Counted from the first letter of the stretch, positions 12,001 to 25,257 are shown. The stretch: DNA of 64,000 bases from Eledone cirrhosa (GCA_964016885.1 OZ024742.1:22444001-22508000), one strand, 5' to 3'. The notes: a model not told the origin generated them from the letters alone. Program-made: numbers and translations.

Positions 12001-15000
12001 GTTGGTGGTGGTGGTATTGGCAGTGTTGGTGGTGGTGATGTTAATGTTTGTGGTAGTGATGTTGGTGGTGGTGGTATTGGTAGTGTTGGCGGTGGTGATG
12101 TTAATGTTTGTGGTAGTGATGTTGGTGGTGGTGGTATTGGCAGTGTTGGTGGTGGTGATGTTAATGTTTGTGGTAGTGATGTTGGTGGTGGTGGTATTGG
12201 TAGTGTTGGCGGTGTTGATGTTAATGTTTGTGGTAGTGATGTTGGTGGTGGTGGTATTGGTAGTGTTGGTGGTGGTGATGTTAATGTTTGTGGTAGTGAT
12301 GTTGGTGGTGGTGGTATTGGTAGTGTTGGTGGTGGTGATGTTAATGTTTGTGGTAGTGATGTTGGTGGTGGTGGTATTGGTAGTGTTGGCGGTGTTGATG
12401 TTAATGTTTGTGGTAGTGATGTTGTTGGTGGTGGTATTGGTAGTGTTGGTGGTGTTGATGTTAGTGTTTGTGGTAGTGATGTTGGTGGTGGTGGTATTGG
12501 TAGTGTTGGTGGTGGTGATGTTAATGTTTGTGGTAGTGATGTTGGTGGTGGTGGTATTGGTAGTGTTGGTGGTGGTGATGTTAGTGTTTGTGGTAGTGAT
12601 GTTGGTGGTGGTGGTATTGGTAGTGTTGGCGATGGTGATGTTAGTGTTTGTGGTAGTGATGTTGGTGGTGGTGGTATTGGTAGTGTTGGTGGTGGTGATG
12701 TTAATGTTTGTGGTAGTGATGTTGGTGGTGGTGGTATTGGTAGTGTTGGTGGTGTTGATGTTAGTGTTTGTGGTAGTGATGCTGGTGGTGGTGGTATTGG
12801 CAGTGTTGGTGGTGTTGATGTTAATGTTTGTGGTAGTGATGTTGGTGGTGGTGGTATTGGTAGTGTTGGCGGTGGTGATGTTAATGTTTGTGGTAGTGAT
12901 GTTGGTGGTGGTTGTATTGGCAGTGTTGGTGGTGGTGATGTTAGTGTTTGTGGTAGTGATGCTGGTGGTGGTGGTATTGGTAGTGTTGGTGGTGTTGATG
13001 TTAGTGTTTGTGGTAGTGATGCTGGTGGTGGTGGTATTGGCAGTGTTGGCGGTGTTGATGTTAGTGTTTGTGGTAGTGATGCTGGTGGTGGTGGTATTGG
13101 TAGTGTTGGCGGTGGTGATGTTAATGTTTGTGGTAGTGATGTTGGTGGTGGTGGTATTGGTAGTGTTGGCGATGGTGATGTTAGTGTTTGTGGTAGTGAT
13201 GTTGGTGGTGGTGGTATTGGCAGTGTTGGTGGTGGTGATGTTAGTGTTTGTGGTAGTGATGTTGGTGGTGGTGGTATTGGTAGTGTTGGTGGTGGTGATG
13301 TTAGTGTTTGTGGTAGTGATGTTGGTGGTGGTGGTATTGGTAGTGTTGGTGGTGGTGATGCTGGTGTTTGTGGTAGTGATGTTGGTGGTGGTGGTATTGG
13401 TAGTGTTGGCGGTGGTGATGTTAGTGTTTGTGGTAGTGATGTTGGTGGTGGTGGTATTGGTAGTGTTGGTGGTGGTGATGTTAGTGTTTGTGGTAGTGAT
13501 GTTGGTGGTGGTGGTATTGGTAGTGTTGGTTGTGGTGATGTTAGTGTTTGTGGTAGTGATGTTGGTGGTTGTGGTATTGGTAGTGTTGGTGGTGGTGATG
13601 TTAGTGTTTGTGGTAGTGATGTTGGTGGTGGTGGTATTGGTAGTGTTGGTGGTGGTGATGTTAGTGTTTGTGGTAGTGATGTTGGTGGTGGTGGTATTGG
13701 CAGTGTTGGTGGTGGTGATGTTAGTGTTTGTGGTAGTGATGTTGGTGGTTGTGGTATTGGTAGTGTTGGTGGTGTTGATGTTAGTGTTTGTGGTAGTGAT
13801 GTTGGTGGTGGTGGTATTGGTAGTGTTGGTGGTGTTGATGTTAATGTTTGTGGTAGTGATGTTGGTGGTGGTGGTATTGGTAGTGTTGGCGGTGGTGATG
13901 TTAGTGTTTGTGGTAGTGATGTTGGTGGTGGTGGTATTGGTAGTGTTGGCGGTGGTGATGTTAATGTTTGTGGTAGTGATGTTGGTGGTGGTGGTATTGG
14001 CAGTGTTGGCGGTGTTGATGTTAGTGTCTGTGGTAGTGATGTTGGTGGTGGTGGTATTGGCAGTGTTGGTGGTGGTGATGTTAGTGTTTGTGGTAGTGAT
14101 GTTGGTGGTGGTGGTATTGGCAGTGTTGGTGGTGGTGATGTTAGTGTTTGTGGTAGTGATGTTGGTGGTGGTGGTATTGGCAGTGTTGGTGGTGGTGATG
14201 TTAATGTTTGTGGTAGTGATGTTGGTGGTGGTGGTATTGGCAGTATTGGCGGTGGTGATGTTAATGTTTGTGGTAGTGATGTTGGTGGTGGTGGTATTGG
14301 TAGTGTTGGTGGTGGTGATGCTGGTGGTGGTGGTATTGGTAGTGTTGGCGGTGTTGATGTTAGTGTTTGTGGTAGTGATGTTGGTGGTGGTGGTATTGGT
14401 AGTGTTGGCGGTGTTGATGTTAATGTTTGTGGTAGTGATGTTGGTGGTGGTGGTATTGGCAGTGTTGGTGGTGGTGATGTTAGTGTTTGTGGTAGTGATG
14501 TTGGTGGTGGTGGTATTGGCAGTGTTGGCGGTGGTGATGTTAATGTTTGTGGTAGTGATGTTGGTGGTGGTGGTATTGGTAGTGTTGGTGGTGGTGATGC
14601 TGGTGGTGGTGGTATTGGTAGTGTTGGCGGTGTTGATGTTAGTGTTTGTGGTAGTGATGTTGGTGGTGGTGGTATTGGTAGTGTTGGCGGTGTTGATGTT
14701 AATGTTTGTTGTAGTGATGTTGGTGGTGGTGGTATTGGCAGTGTTGGTGGTGGTGATGTTAGTGTTTGTGGTAGTGATGTTGGTGGTGGTGGTATTGGCA
14801 GTGTTGGTGGTGGTGATGTTAATGTTTGTGGTAGTGATGTTGGTGGTGGTGGTATTGGCAGTGTTGGCGGTGGTGATGTTAGTGTTTGTGGTAGTGATGT
14901 TGGTGTGGTGGTATTGGCAGTGTTGGTGGTGGTGATGTTAGTGTTTGTGGTAGTGATGTTGGTGGTGGTGGTATTGGCAGTGTTGGTGGTGGTGATGTTA

Positions 15001-17190
15001 GTGTTTGTGGTAGTGATGTTGGTGGTGGTGGTATTGGCAGTGTTGGTGGTGGTGATGTTAGTGTTTGTGGTAGTGATGTTGGTGGTGGTGGTATTGGCAG
15101 TGTTGGCGGTGGTGATGTTAGTGTTTGTGGTAGTGATGTTGGTGGTGGTGGTATTGGTAGTGTTGGTGGTGGTGATGTTAATGTTTGTGGTAGTGATGTT
15201 GGTGGTGGTGGTATTGGTAGTGTTGGCGGTGGTGATGTTAGTGTTTGTGGTAGTGATGTTGGTGGTGGTGGTATTGGCAGTGTTGGCGGTGGTGATGTTA
15301 ATGTTTGTGGTAGTGATGTTGGTGGTGGTGGTATTGGTAGTGTTGGTGGTGGTGATGTTAGTGTTTGTGGTAGTGATGTTGGTGGTGGTGGTATTGGTAG
15401 TGTTGGTGGTGGTGATGTTAGTGTTTGTGGTAGTGATGTTGGTGGTGGTGGTATTGGCAGTGTTGGTGGTGGTGATGTTAGTGTTTGTGGTAGTGATGCT
15501 GGTGGTGGTGGTATTGGTAGTGTTGGTGGTGGTGATGCTGGTGGTGGTGGTATTGGTAGTGTTGGCGGTGTTGATGTTAGTGTTTGTGGTAGTGATGTTG
15601 GTGGTGGTGGTATTGGTAGTGTTGGTGGTGGTGATGTTAATGTTTGTGGTAGTGATGTTGGTGGTGGTGGTATTGGCAGTGTTGGTGGTGGTGATGTTAA
15701 TGTTTGTGGTAGTGATGTTGGTGGTGGTGGTATTGGTAGTGTTGGTGGTGGTGATGTTAATGTTTGTGGTAGTGATGTTGGTGGTGGTGGTATTGGTAGT
15801 GTTGGTGGTGGTGATGTTAATGTTTGTGGTAGTGATGTTGGTGGTGGTGGTATTGGCAGTGTTGGTGGTGGTGATGTTAGTGTTTGTGGTAGTGATGTTG
15901 GTGGTGGTGGTATTGGCAGTGTTGGTGGTGTTGATGTTAGTGTTTGTGGTAGTGATGTTGGTGGTGGTGGTATTGGTAGTGTTGGCGGTGTTGATGTTAG
16001 TGTTTGTGGTAGTGATGTTGGTGGTGGTGGTATTGGTAGTGTTGGTGGTGGTGATGTTAATGTTTGTGGTAGTGATGTTGGTGGTGGTGGTATTGGTAGT
16101 GTTGGCGGTGTTGATGTTAGTGTTTGTGGTAGTGATGTTGGTGGTGGTGGTATTGGTAGTGTTGGTGGTGGTGATGTTAATGTTTGTGGTAGTGATGTTG
16201 GTGGTGGTGGTATTGGCAGTGTTGGCGGTGTTGATGTTAGTGTTTGTGGTAGTGATGTTGGTGGTGGTGGTATTGGCAGTGTTGGTGGTGGTGATGTTAG
16301 TGTTTGTGGTAGTGATGTTGGTGGTGGTGGTATTGGCAGTGTTGGTGGTGGTGATGTTAGTGTTTGTGGTAGTGATGTTGGTGGTGGTGGTATTGGCAGT
16401 GTTGGTGGTGGTGATGTTAATGTTTGTGGTAGTGATGTTGGTGGTGGTGGTATTGGTAGTGTTGGTGGTGGTGATGTTAATGTTTGTGGTAGTGATGTTG
16501 GTGGTGGTGGTATTGGTAGTGTTGGCGGTGGTGATGTTAATGTTTGTGGTAGTGATGTTGGTGGTGGTGGTATTGGTAGTGTTGGTGGTGGTGATGCTGG
16601 TGGTGGTGGTATTGGTAGTGTTGGCGGTGTTGATGTTAGTGTTTGTGGTAGTGATGTTGGTGGTGGTGGTATTGGTAGTGTTGGCGGTGTTGATGTTAAT
16701 GTTTGTGGTAGTGATGTTGGTGGTGGTGGTATTGGCAGTGTTGGTGGTGGTGATGTTAGTGTTTGTGGTAGTGATGTTGGTGGTGGTGGTATTGGCAGTG
16801 TTGGTGGTGGTGATGTTAATGTTTGTGGTAGTGATGTTGGTGGTGGTGGTATTGGTAGTGTTGGCGGTGGTGATGTTAATGTTTGTTGTAGTGATGTTGG
16901 TGGTGGTGGTATTGGTAGTGTTGGCGGTGTTGATGTTAATGTTTGTGGTAGTGATGTTGGTGGTGGTGGTATTGGTAGTGTTGGCGGTGTTGATGTTAGT
17001 GTTTGTGGTAGTGATGTTGGTGGTGGTGGTATTGGCAGTGTTGGCGGTGTTGATGTTAGTGTTAGTGGTAGTGATGTTGGTGGTGGTGGTATTGGTAGTG
17101 TTGGCGGTGTTGATGTTAGTGTTTGTGGTAGTGATGTTGGTGGTGGTGGTATTGGCAGTGTTGGCGGTGGTGATGTTAATGTTTGTGGTG
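1..17190. repeat. Giant 60-bp tandem array (roughly 290 units, begins before the window), with 39-bp deletion variants
   Basis: Consensus ggtagtgatgttggtggtggtggtattggYagtgttggYggtgKtgatgttaRtgtttgt repeats continuously. 21-bp-deleted units recur. The array decays into degenerate GGT/GAT/AGT triplets at 17190-17245. Confidence 0.98.
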
Positions 17191-17489
17191 CTGGTGATAG
17201 TAGTGATAATGGTAGTGATAGTACTGTAGTTGTTATTATTGTTGTAACGGCTCTACTGAGAGTGGATCTCTCATCTCCGAGCTACGAACTCTATTGAGGA
17301 ACGTTACTCCAAAGACCCTCCCGAGGAGCCCCATATCCACAGCTTCTATTTGCGATCTTGTTCTCTCAGTTATTTCCCTATTTAATATTAAAAATACTTT
17401 AGTTTTTATTAAGAGGTCTGACGATTAAGAATGTACCGTTAACTTATAAATGTTTTATTGTCTATAAGTTTAAAGTCTATCATAAATCC

Positions 17490-17720
17490 GGAGATTCATT
17501 GGTCTCGTGCTTATACTGGTTTCATTAACGTTAAGTGGCTAAGAGTTGAAGAATCCCCCTGCTGGATAAGACGCCAGTCCATGGTAGGGTTAGACCTTCA
17601 GCTACTGCTATTTGTCATTTTCAGCTGAGGAAAGTGAAATAACGAGAGATGACGTATTTTGCTCACAAAAACATCACGTAATCACCTCCAGGAATCGAAT
17701 CCACAACATTATAGTTGGAG
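17490..17720 (-). mobile_element. Degenerate tRNA-derived SINE fragment
   Basis: ggaatcgaatcc (reverse B-box-like) near 17690 with SINE-core-like sequence to its left. Confidence 0.4.
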
Positions 17721-17994
17721 TTAGACCATGGGGGTGACCGGGGCACTTTAGATTTTTTGGGGCCCCACATAGACAAAAAATTAGAATAACGGTGAACCCC
17801 CGAATTTTACATATTTAAGTTAGCTTGGCACCAGTAACTGGAAATGAAAAGTTATACATACAGGTATTAAATTGAAAAAATCTTACAATCCTAAAACTAA
17901 AAATCCCAGCTGGGGCACAAATAAATTGCCACGGCTGTCGCTGGTGAAGCCCCTCACTGTAGTGGGCCCCTTCTCCCTATTAATCCCGCCCTGC

Positions 17995-18187
17995 ACTACA
18001 TTATAGTTACCAATTCAACAACCTAATCCCTAGACAACCTTTTTATTGAGACTATAGTAAACATTTGTGTCGCTTTACATTGATACACACACAAACATAC
18101 ATATACATACACAAACACACAAACACATACACAAACACACACACACACAAACACATACACAAATACACAAACACATACACAGACCCA

Positions 18188-18225
<38 letters not shown>

Positions 18226-19262
18226 CGCATGTACACACATACACACAAACATACATTCACATACACACACACACACACACACACAACCATAATGTATCAG
18301 ATTTTATTTATTCTTACGAGTCTATTGATTCGCTACTTGGATGTTATTCATTGTTTGCTGCCACCATCGTCGCTGATGGAGCCCCTCACTGCAAGGGCCC
18401 GGGGCATTTGTCCCCTTCTCCCTATTAAATCCGGCCTTGCACGACATTATAGTTATGATTTCCTTTGAAGTATAACTATGTAAAGCCATATATCAGTATG
18501 AAATAGAGTTTAAACAATATATCTGACTGATAAAATGAAAAGTCAGTCAATCATATTGGTGGCTTCCCCACAACCCCGGCGGACAGAATGGAGATGGCGT
18601 TTCTCCGGCGGACGGGCAGGGAGACGCGCTGGAAAAGCCATTCCAACACGCGGGGCTCACACCTGCGGCTGGCCATTCAGCGCCTAAGGTGGTGAGTAGG
18701 GAGGTAGCCTTTAGGGCCGAGGATACCAGAAGTCTCCACTGCCACGGGTACAACCTGTCGGAGAGAGACCGGTATTTGAAGAGTTTGGCCTCCTCAGCAA
18801 GGCGTGCAGAAGGACCTGGGTTAGTCGCAGACTGTACCAGGTTGTGGCTGGAGAAATTGTCGGTGCTACTGGCATCCCAGACGGGGGGTTTACCACTGCG
18901 GAACGGGAAGATGGTTATGCCATCTGGCCTTTTGCCGTTCCCTCGGCCCATCCCCACCGGCTCGAGCTGGGAAGGGAAGCCTGCAGCGTCCAAGCGACAT
19001 TATAGTTACCAATTCAACAACCTAATCACTAGACAACCATTTTTTTGAGACTATAGTAAACATTTGTGTCGCTTTGCATTGATTTACTTGACTTCCCACC
19101 AAGCTGTCAACTATGTTAATTGGACTGAGTGTATATATACACATGTACTCTTCTACACACACATGTACACACACACACACACATATACGCATATACATAC
19201 ATATATACACACATATATACACACATATATACACATATATACACATACATACACATACACAA

Positions 19263-19295
<33 letters not shown>

Positions 19296-19420
19296 CACAC
19301 ATACACACAAACATACACACACATACACAAACACACACACATACACACATACGCATACACACACACACACAACCGTAGATGTATCAGATTTTATTTATTC
19401 TTAAGAGTCTATTGATTCTC
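17995..19420. repeat. Direct duplication of a CA-microsatellite-containing unit (about 17995-18330 and 18995-19420)
   Basis: Both copies begin acattatagttaccaattcaacaacctaatc...gagactatagtaaacatttgtgtcgcttt and end atgtatcagattttatttattctta.gagtctattgattc. Confidence 0.85.
18560..18993 (-). pseudogene. 3' fragment of a CRE-like non-LTR retrotransposon, restriction-like (PD-(D/E)xK) endonuclease
   Basis: EPVGMGRGNGKRPDGITIFPFRSGKPPVWD...AEEAKLFKY. After frameshifts it continues PVAVETSGILG and WLFQRVSLPVRRRNAISIL, matching the typical CRE-clade C-terminus. Confidence 0.8.
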
Positions 19421-20019
19421 TCGTTGGATCTTATTCCTCGATTCCTGCTCATCTCTCTATGGTAACTATGGTTAGTCAAAGACTAGGAATAGACCTGTAT
19501 GACAATGAATATCTCAAGTCTATTTAATATATATTTAATATTTACATAGTGACTATGGACAGGCCAAGAATAGACCTACGCTAATATCTATCTCAGTCTG
19601 AAGATACATATCTTAAATATATTTAACTACGTGATATTTAACTAACATCACACTTCCATTAATAGCTATGACAAACCATAAAGCTATCATGTTTAGTTTT
19701 AATCTAAAGCATTCCAACCGTGACCTTCTCACTTTATCCATAAGTACCATGTAAGCAGGACAATGACATCCACTACATGCGTAATTATTTTTCAAGATGT
19801 CAGGGTGCGATTTAAAAGAGATTTAGTTACTGTTTCCAGAAGGTCGAGACACTGTGTAGCGATTCCTTCATCAGATTTGATCATGTGATAGGTTCTCAAA
19901 CTTTTTGCCCCAACCCCCACGGCCACGTAATACCCCCCCCCCCAGCCCTATTTACAGAGAGATCTGACTACACGCAAATTGTAAATAATATATAAATAAA
20001 ATCATTCATTTATATATAA

Positions 20020-20157
20020 TAATTGTCTCTATTTTTGGCACAAGGCCAGCAATTATCCCAGTGTACTACTGGTACTTTATTTTATCGACCCCGTAAGGAT
20101 GAAAGGCAAAGTTAACCTCGGCGGGATTTGAACTCAGAATGGCAAGGGCCTTAACTC
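20020..20157 (-). mobile_element. tRNA-derived SINE (head truncated)
   Basis: Family core ggcacaaggccagcaa...actggtactttattttatcgacccc...gaaaggcaaagttaacctcggcgggatttgaactcag (reverse B box). Confidence 0.85.
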
Positions 20158-20185
20158 TTTATATAATCAATATATAATAATATAA

Positions 20186-20604
20186 TCTATATATTTAAAA
20201 CAGAGAATGTCTGTCTGTCTGTCTGTCTACCTAAAACTCAAGAACCACCCAACCGAATTTTTTCAAACTTTACACATGTAATACTTATGGTCGGGTGAGT
20301 GTTTTGAGCAAAAAATATTTCAAATTTTCAATGCTCCAGGGACCGCATTAGGCGTCGGTAACGATCTCTCTCTATCTTTCTTAGTCTGTCTTTTTAGATA
20401 GATACATAGCTACAACGTCGCGCCCTTATGATATCTGTCTGTATGTCTGGCTGTCTGCATTACGACATTATGACACTATCTGTGTGTGTGTGTATATATA
20501 TGTATATATATATAGTGTATGTATATATATACAATGTGTAACGTTTTTCGAAGATCCCGTTAAGGGTGAAAGCAGCGATTCTTCGCTTAAATTTTAATCT
20601 GTTA

Positions 20605-20664
<60 letters not shown>

Positions 20665-20957
20665 TATATTCGTGTACAGATATTTTGCGTACACAATAAC
20701 ACAATATAAACAAACGTATTTATTTGACGAGGCTCGACAGCAGCAAAAACAACAACAAAAAAGAGAGGGAACGCAATTACATGCTTTTGAAAAAATTCTT
20801 AATGGAAAATTATTTGCCTATTCACCCAAGGCGACTTCACTTTTTATTAGCACTTCTGCATCAATTGGTGAACATACGACGAAACTGTTTCAGAAAGAAC
20901 GGATAGACATGTCAATCTATGTTTAGAATCCCGGGCAACGCCGGTCCATTCTGCTAG
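20186..20957 (+). mobile_element. Non-autonomous Helitron
   Basis: 5' TC start (tctatatatttaaaa) followed by (tgtc)n. 3' hairpin cccgggcaacgccgg and terminal CTAG. Sits between host A and T with no TSD. Confidence 0.8.
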
Positions 20958-20984
20958 TCTATATTATACTCTATATAATAATAT

Positions 20985-21173
20985 AATTGTTTCTACTTTA
21001 GGCACAAGGCCAGCAAATAACCCAGTGTATTACTGGTACTTTATTTTATCGACCCCGTAAGGATGAAAGGCAAAGATAATCCTCGGCGGGATTTGAACTC
21101 AGAATGGCAAGGGCCGTAAGACTATGCGTCAAAGCATGGTGTCCGACCCTCTACCGATACTGCCAATTCACCG
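20985..21173 (-). mobile_element. tRNA-derived SINE, full length
   Basis: On the minus strand: A-box-like tggcagtatcgg, B-box gagttcaaatc, and the family core. Confidence 0.9.
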
Positions 21174-21699
21174 CAGTTTATATAATAATATAATATACAC
21201 AATTCACCGCACTCTATATAATAATATAATATACACTATGTATAAATAAATATATATTTCATATTTTTTTTATATTTATATACAATATGTATCATTTGAT
21301 ATTTAATATACTATTATATCATATCTATCGCCCTGCTATCTAGCACCTCCTTAAGTCCCAGCGCTTCTTGGACTTTGCCAACGCCTCCCGGGGTGGGGGG
21401 TGGGGGGCGTTAGCGCCCACTTTAAGAACTTCTGGTCCATGTCGTTTGTTCAGTGTAACATTCTCCGAACTCTCAGTAATGATCCGGTTTCCCTCAGGTT
21501 TCTCCTTTTCTTCAGCCATATCCCCCTTTTCCTCTCAATGGCAACATCTAGCATTTCTAGAAAATACCTGGCTATATTCCCTTTTAACACCCCCGCTCAC
21601 TATTTTGGCTTGCTACCCAGTCTCACTCTACCTCACACTCTTCCTCATGATTACTCCTTTCATCTTAACCTGAGTCTTACCATACATATACACAGCGAA

Positions 21700-21730
<31 letters not shown>

Positions 21731-21784
21731 GGAATTTTGTTGACCGCATATGCAAACATACATGGATACACACTCATATACATG

Positions 21785-21830
<46 letters not shown>

Positions 21831-21845
21831 GCATATGTATATAAA

Positions 21846-21890
<45 letters not shown>

Positions 21891-22254
21891 GTATGGTATA
21901 TGTATCTAATTATGTATAATTATATATTTATATATACACATCCATGTTTATATATATACCTATATATATATATACATATATATACATATATATACATATA
22001 TATGCATATGTATATATATATATATATATACATGTGTGTGTGTATGTATCTATGTATGTGTAATATATATATATACATATATATACATATATATGCATAT
22101 GTATATATATATATATATATACATGTGTGTGTGTATGTATCTATGTATGTGTAATATATATATATACATATATATGCATATATATATATGTGTGTGTGTG
22201 TGTGTGTATATATGTATCTATGTATGTGTAATTATATATACACATCCATATGTT

Positions 22255-22287
<33 letters not shown>

Positions 22288-22335
22288 GTATATATGTATA
22301 TATATATATACACACACATATATATATATAATGTA
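21700..22335. repeat. Compound (TA)n/(TG)n/(CA)n microsatellite
   Basis: Directly visible dinucleotide runs. Confidence 0.95.
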
Positions 22336-22489
22336 TAGGATGTAAACTACAAGATAATATTGTTCAAGTTGAATTAGTTTTTGTCGAGATATGTGATGTT
22401 ATTGCAATGCAATTTGTAAATAGCTACAACCATTGTAGGATACATCAGAGGAGATTGGGCAGCAATAGGAGAAGGAGAGGATGAGTGGT

Positions 22490-22693
22490 GGGTAGAGGGA
22501 AAAGTGTGAAAGGAAGGATGAGAGATAGAGGAAAAGAGAGAACGAGAGAGAGTGAGATAGATAAAGAGAGAGAGAGAAACGACGACGACGAAAGAATGGG
22601 GTGATAGAAAGTATGATAGAGAATGAGCGCGGGATAGCGGGGAGAAGTGTGAAAGGAAGGATGAGAGAGAACTAGAGAGATAGATACATAGAT

Positions 22694-22786
<93 letters not shown>

Positions 22787-22955
22787 GACGACGACGAAAG
22801 AATGGGGTGATAGAAAGTATGATAGAGAATGAGCAGGGGATAGCGGGGAGAAAAGTGTGAAAGGAAGGATGAGAGAGAACTAGAGAGATAGATAGATAGA
22901 GAGAGAGAGAGTGAGAGTGAAAGAGAGAGAGAGAGAGAAAGAAAGAGAGGGAGAG
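22490..22955. repeat. (GA)n-rich region with internal duplications
   Basis: aagtgtgaaaggaaggatgagaga occurs 3 times, gacgacgacgaaagaatggggtgatagaaagtatgatagagaatgagc twice, plus a long (GA)n. Confidence 0.85.
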
Positions 22956-23557
22956 GGGAGTTATAATCACTTTATCTAATCTGGCCATATCTAATGAAAT
23001 GTTATTCTCTACAGAGAAGTTTAGAAGCGAGAAGTGACAACGTCCATTAAGTCTTATCGAAATACACGATGGACAGCATTTAACCGGAGATCAGATAAAC
23101 AGAATGTACAAAGAAACGGCCTAGTGATTACATTGTTAACAGCGGTTTTGGATGAACGAATTCTATCTAGCTCTAACCACTCCATTTTCCTCATCTCTTC
23201 TCACCATCCACCGTATCAGAGCATGACGGCGGTGTACAAGTTGAACAAGAAGAAATAAAGGAAGTTTCAATATTCACTGAGTGACTACTAAGTCCAGTTT
23301 AATAAAAATTTTCTGGAACAACTAAACTATAAAAATCTCAGATATATCTCACTTCCGGTTTCTCTTGAAATGTCTACCATTTCTTTAGAGTTTTGCTAGA
23401 ATAGAATTCCGTCGGTTTTGACGATGAATGTTCAAAATTTTCGATCAATTGAACTGCCTGTTGATGAAATTAACCTGTAACTGGCTGAGCATTCCATAGA
23501 CACGTATACACATAACATATTTTTCAGGGAGATTCAACGTCCCACAGTATACGAGAC

Positions 23558-23767
23558 GAGGGTCGGCGAAAAAGTTCATAAGCTAACTATGAAGGAGTGA
23601 TGCTAGAGCTATGAAATCTTGCATTAATTTCGAATCTTCTAATGAATAAATTGCATTGGTTCTTTTCAGGGATTTTGTTGAAAAATAAATCTCATTTGGT
23701 CATTCCCTGAAAGTCACTTGGCCAGCCTATGAGAGTTTTAGCTCATGAACCTTTCAGCCGACCCCTT
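23558..23767. mobile_element. Tc1/mariner-type MITE nested in another repeat
   Basis: Imperfect terminal inverted repeats gagggtcggcgaaaaagttcataagct and agctcatgaacctttcagccgacccct. About 210 bp, non-coding. Confidence 0.65.
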
Positions 23768-24081
23768 TATAACAAGGTTGGCCCTTTTAATTACAGGTAT
23801 AGTCTGTGCAATATTTTCTGCCTGCAGGGGTTCTTAAGCCGATTTTCTCAACTAATTTTTATATTGATCAAACTATTATTATGGTCATTTGTGTAGGGAC
23901 GACTACATTCCAAATTTCAAATTGTCTCAATGCAACTTAAGTCAACCACCTGTTTACCAAAGTATTTTTACACACAGACATACACACCCGAAACCGATAT
24001 ATAACAGTCAGAAACTGGTTATGTTCGTGTAATTTTATTGTAGAAAACTGATGTAATTATCCTTCAATTCACTTCCGTTAT

Positions 24082-24580
24082 TAGGCCGGTGGATTGGCAG
24101 TGTCAGTAAAGGGACGGACGCCATGCTTTGACGCATAGAGTTACGGCCCTTGTCATTCTGAGTTCAAATCCGGCCGAGATTAACTTTGCCTTTCATCCTT
24201 ACGGGTTCGATAAAGTAAAGTACCAGTAATGCACTGGGTAATTTGCTGGCCTTGTGCCAAAAGTAGAAACAATTAGTAGGCCGGTAGATTGTCAAAATCG
24301 GGAGAGCGTCGGGCCATATGCTTTGTGACATAAAGTTACGCCCCTTTACGTTCTGTGTTCAAATCTTGCCGAGGTCAGCTTTGCCTTTCATCCTTACGGG
24401 TTCGATAAAGTAAAGTACCAGTAACGCACTGGGTCGATTTTATCGACTTTCCTTTTCACCCAAATTGTTAGCCTTGTGCCTAAATCAGAAACCATTACTA
24501 GGCCGGTGGATTGGCAGAATCGGTAGAGCATCGGACAACATAATTTGTTACGTGTCTTTACGTTCTGAGTTCATATCCAG
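24082..24580 (+). mobile_element. Head-to-tail trimer of tRNA-derived SINEs (24082-24273, 24278-24496, partial from 24500)
   Basis: Each copy starts aggccggtRgattgKca and carries a B-box-like motif (gagttcaaatc, gtgttcaaatc, gagttcatatc). Confidence 0.85.
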
Positions 24581-25257
24581 CTGACTATAGCTCTCTTTGG
24601 AACCTCGTCAGATGAACTATTCCGGAAATTTATGGGACAGCCTTCTCACACACGGTTTCACGCTGAGTGTCCTCAAGAATCACGTTATGGATACTCCTGT
24701 TTGTGGAATGCTCAGTCACTTACTCTTTCATTTTATGAACTAGTTGTACCGTTAATCGAAGAACTGGAACATTCATCGTCGAACCCGACCGAGGCCCATT
24801 CCTACAACTCTTGTTAACAATGTTCTCTCTAATGTTACTACCGACAAATATACCCATGTTTTTTTAATTCAAAGTTTCTCTTCTTTGTTGTAAAATATCT
24901 TTGGATATATTTTTCCTCCTATAATTTTTTGTGTAGAACATACGTAAAATTGCGTTCCTGCTTTGAAGAAGCCTTCATGTTTGTATACGAATGAAGAATA
25001 GAATATTTTCTTTGTATATTAAAATTCTTTTATTCTCTTACCTTTCTATGTCGACATTTTGCCTTAAATGAAACACTTTTCCATATATTATTCAATAAAT
25101 CCATGAAGTCAGAGAAGGACATGTTACACGTCTGGCAGACACAAAGGCAACGGCAGTAACATCAATAATGATATAATAACAGCAAAAGCAATATTGATGA
25201 TGACGACGACGACAATAATGATTTCTTATATAGGCACAAGGCCAGCAATGATGATAA

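Noticed and set aside
1-17190. CRISPR array or telomeric repeat
   Set aside because: No unique spacers, no cas genes, eukaryotic context and no TTAGGG units.
3-17229. Long plus-strand poly-Val/Leu/Met ORFs
   Set aside because: By-product of a stop-poor repeat. The composition is implausible, common variants are non-synonymous and recurrent TAG stops occur. The Gly-rich plus frame cannot be excluded but has no independent support.
19815-19880. CTGATGA...GAAAC on the minus strand
   Set aside because: No NUH triplet followed by a strand that pairs as stem I.
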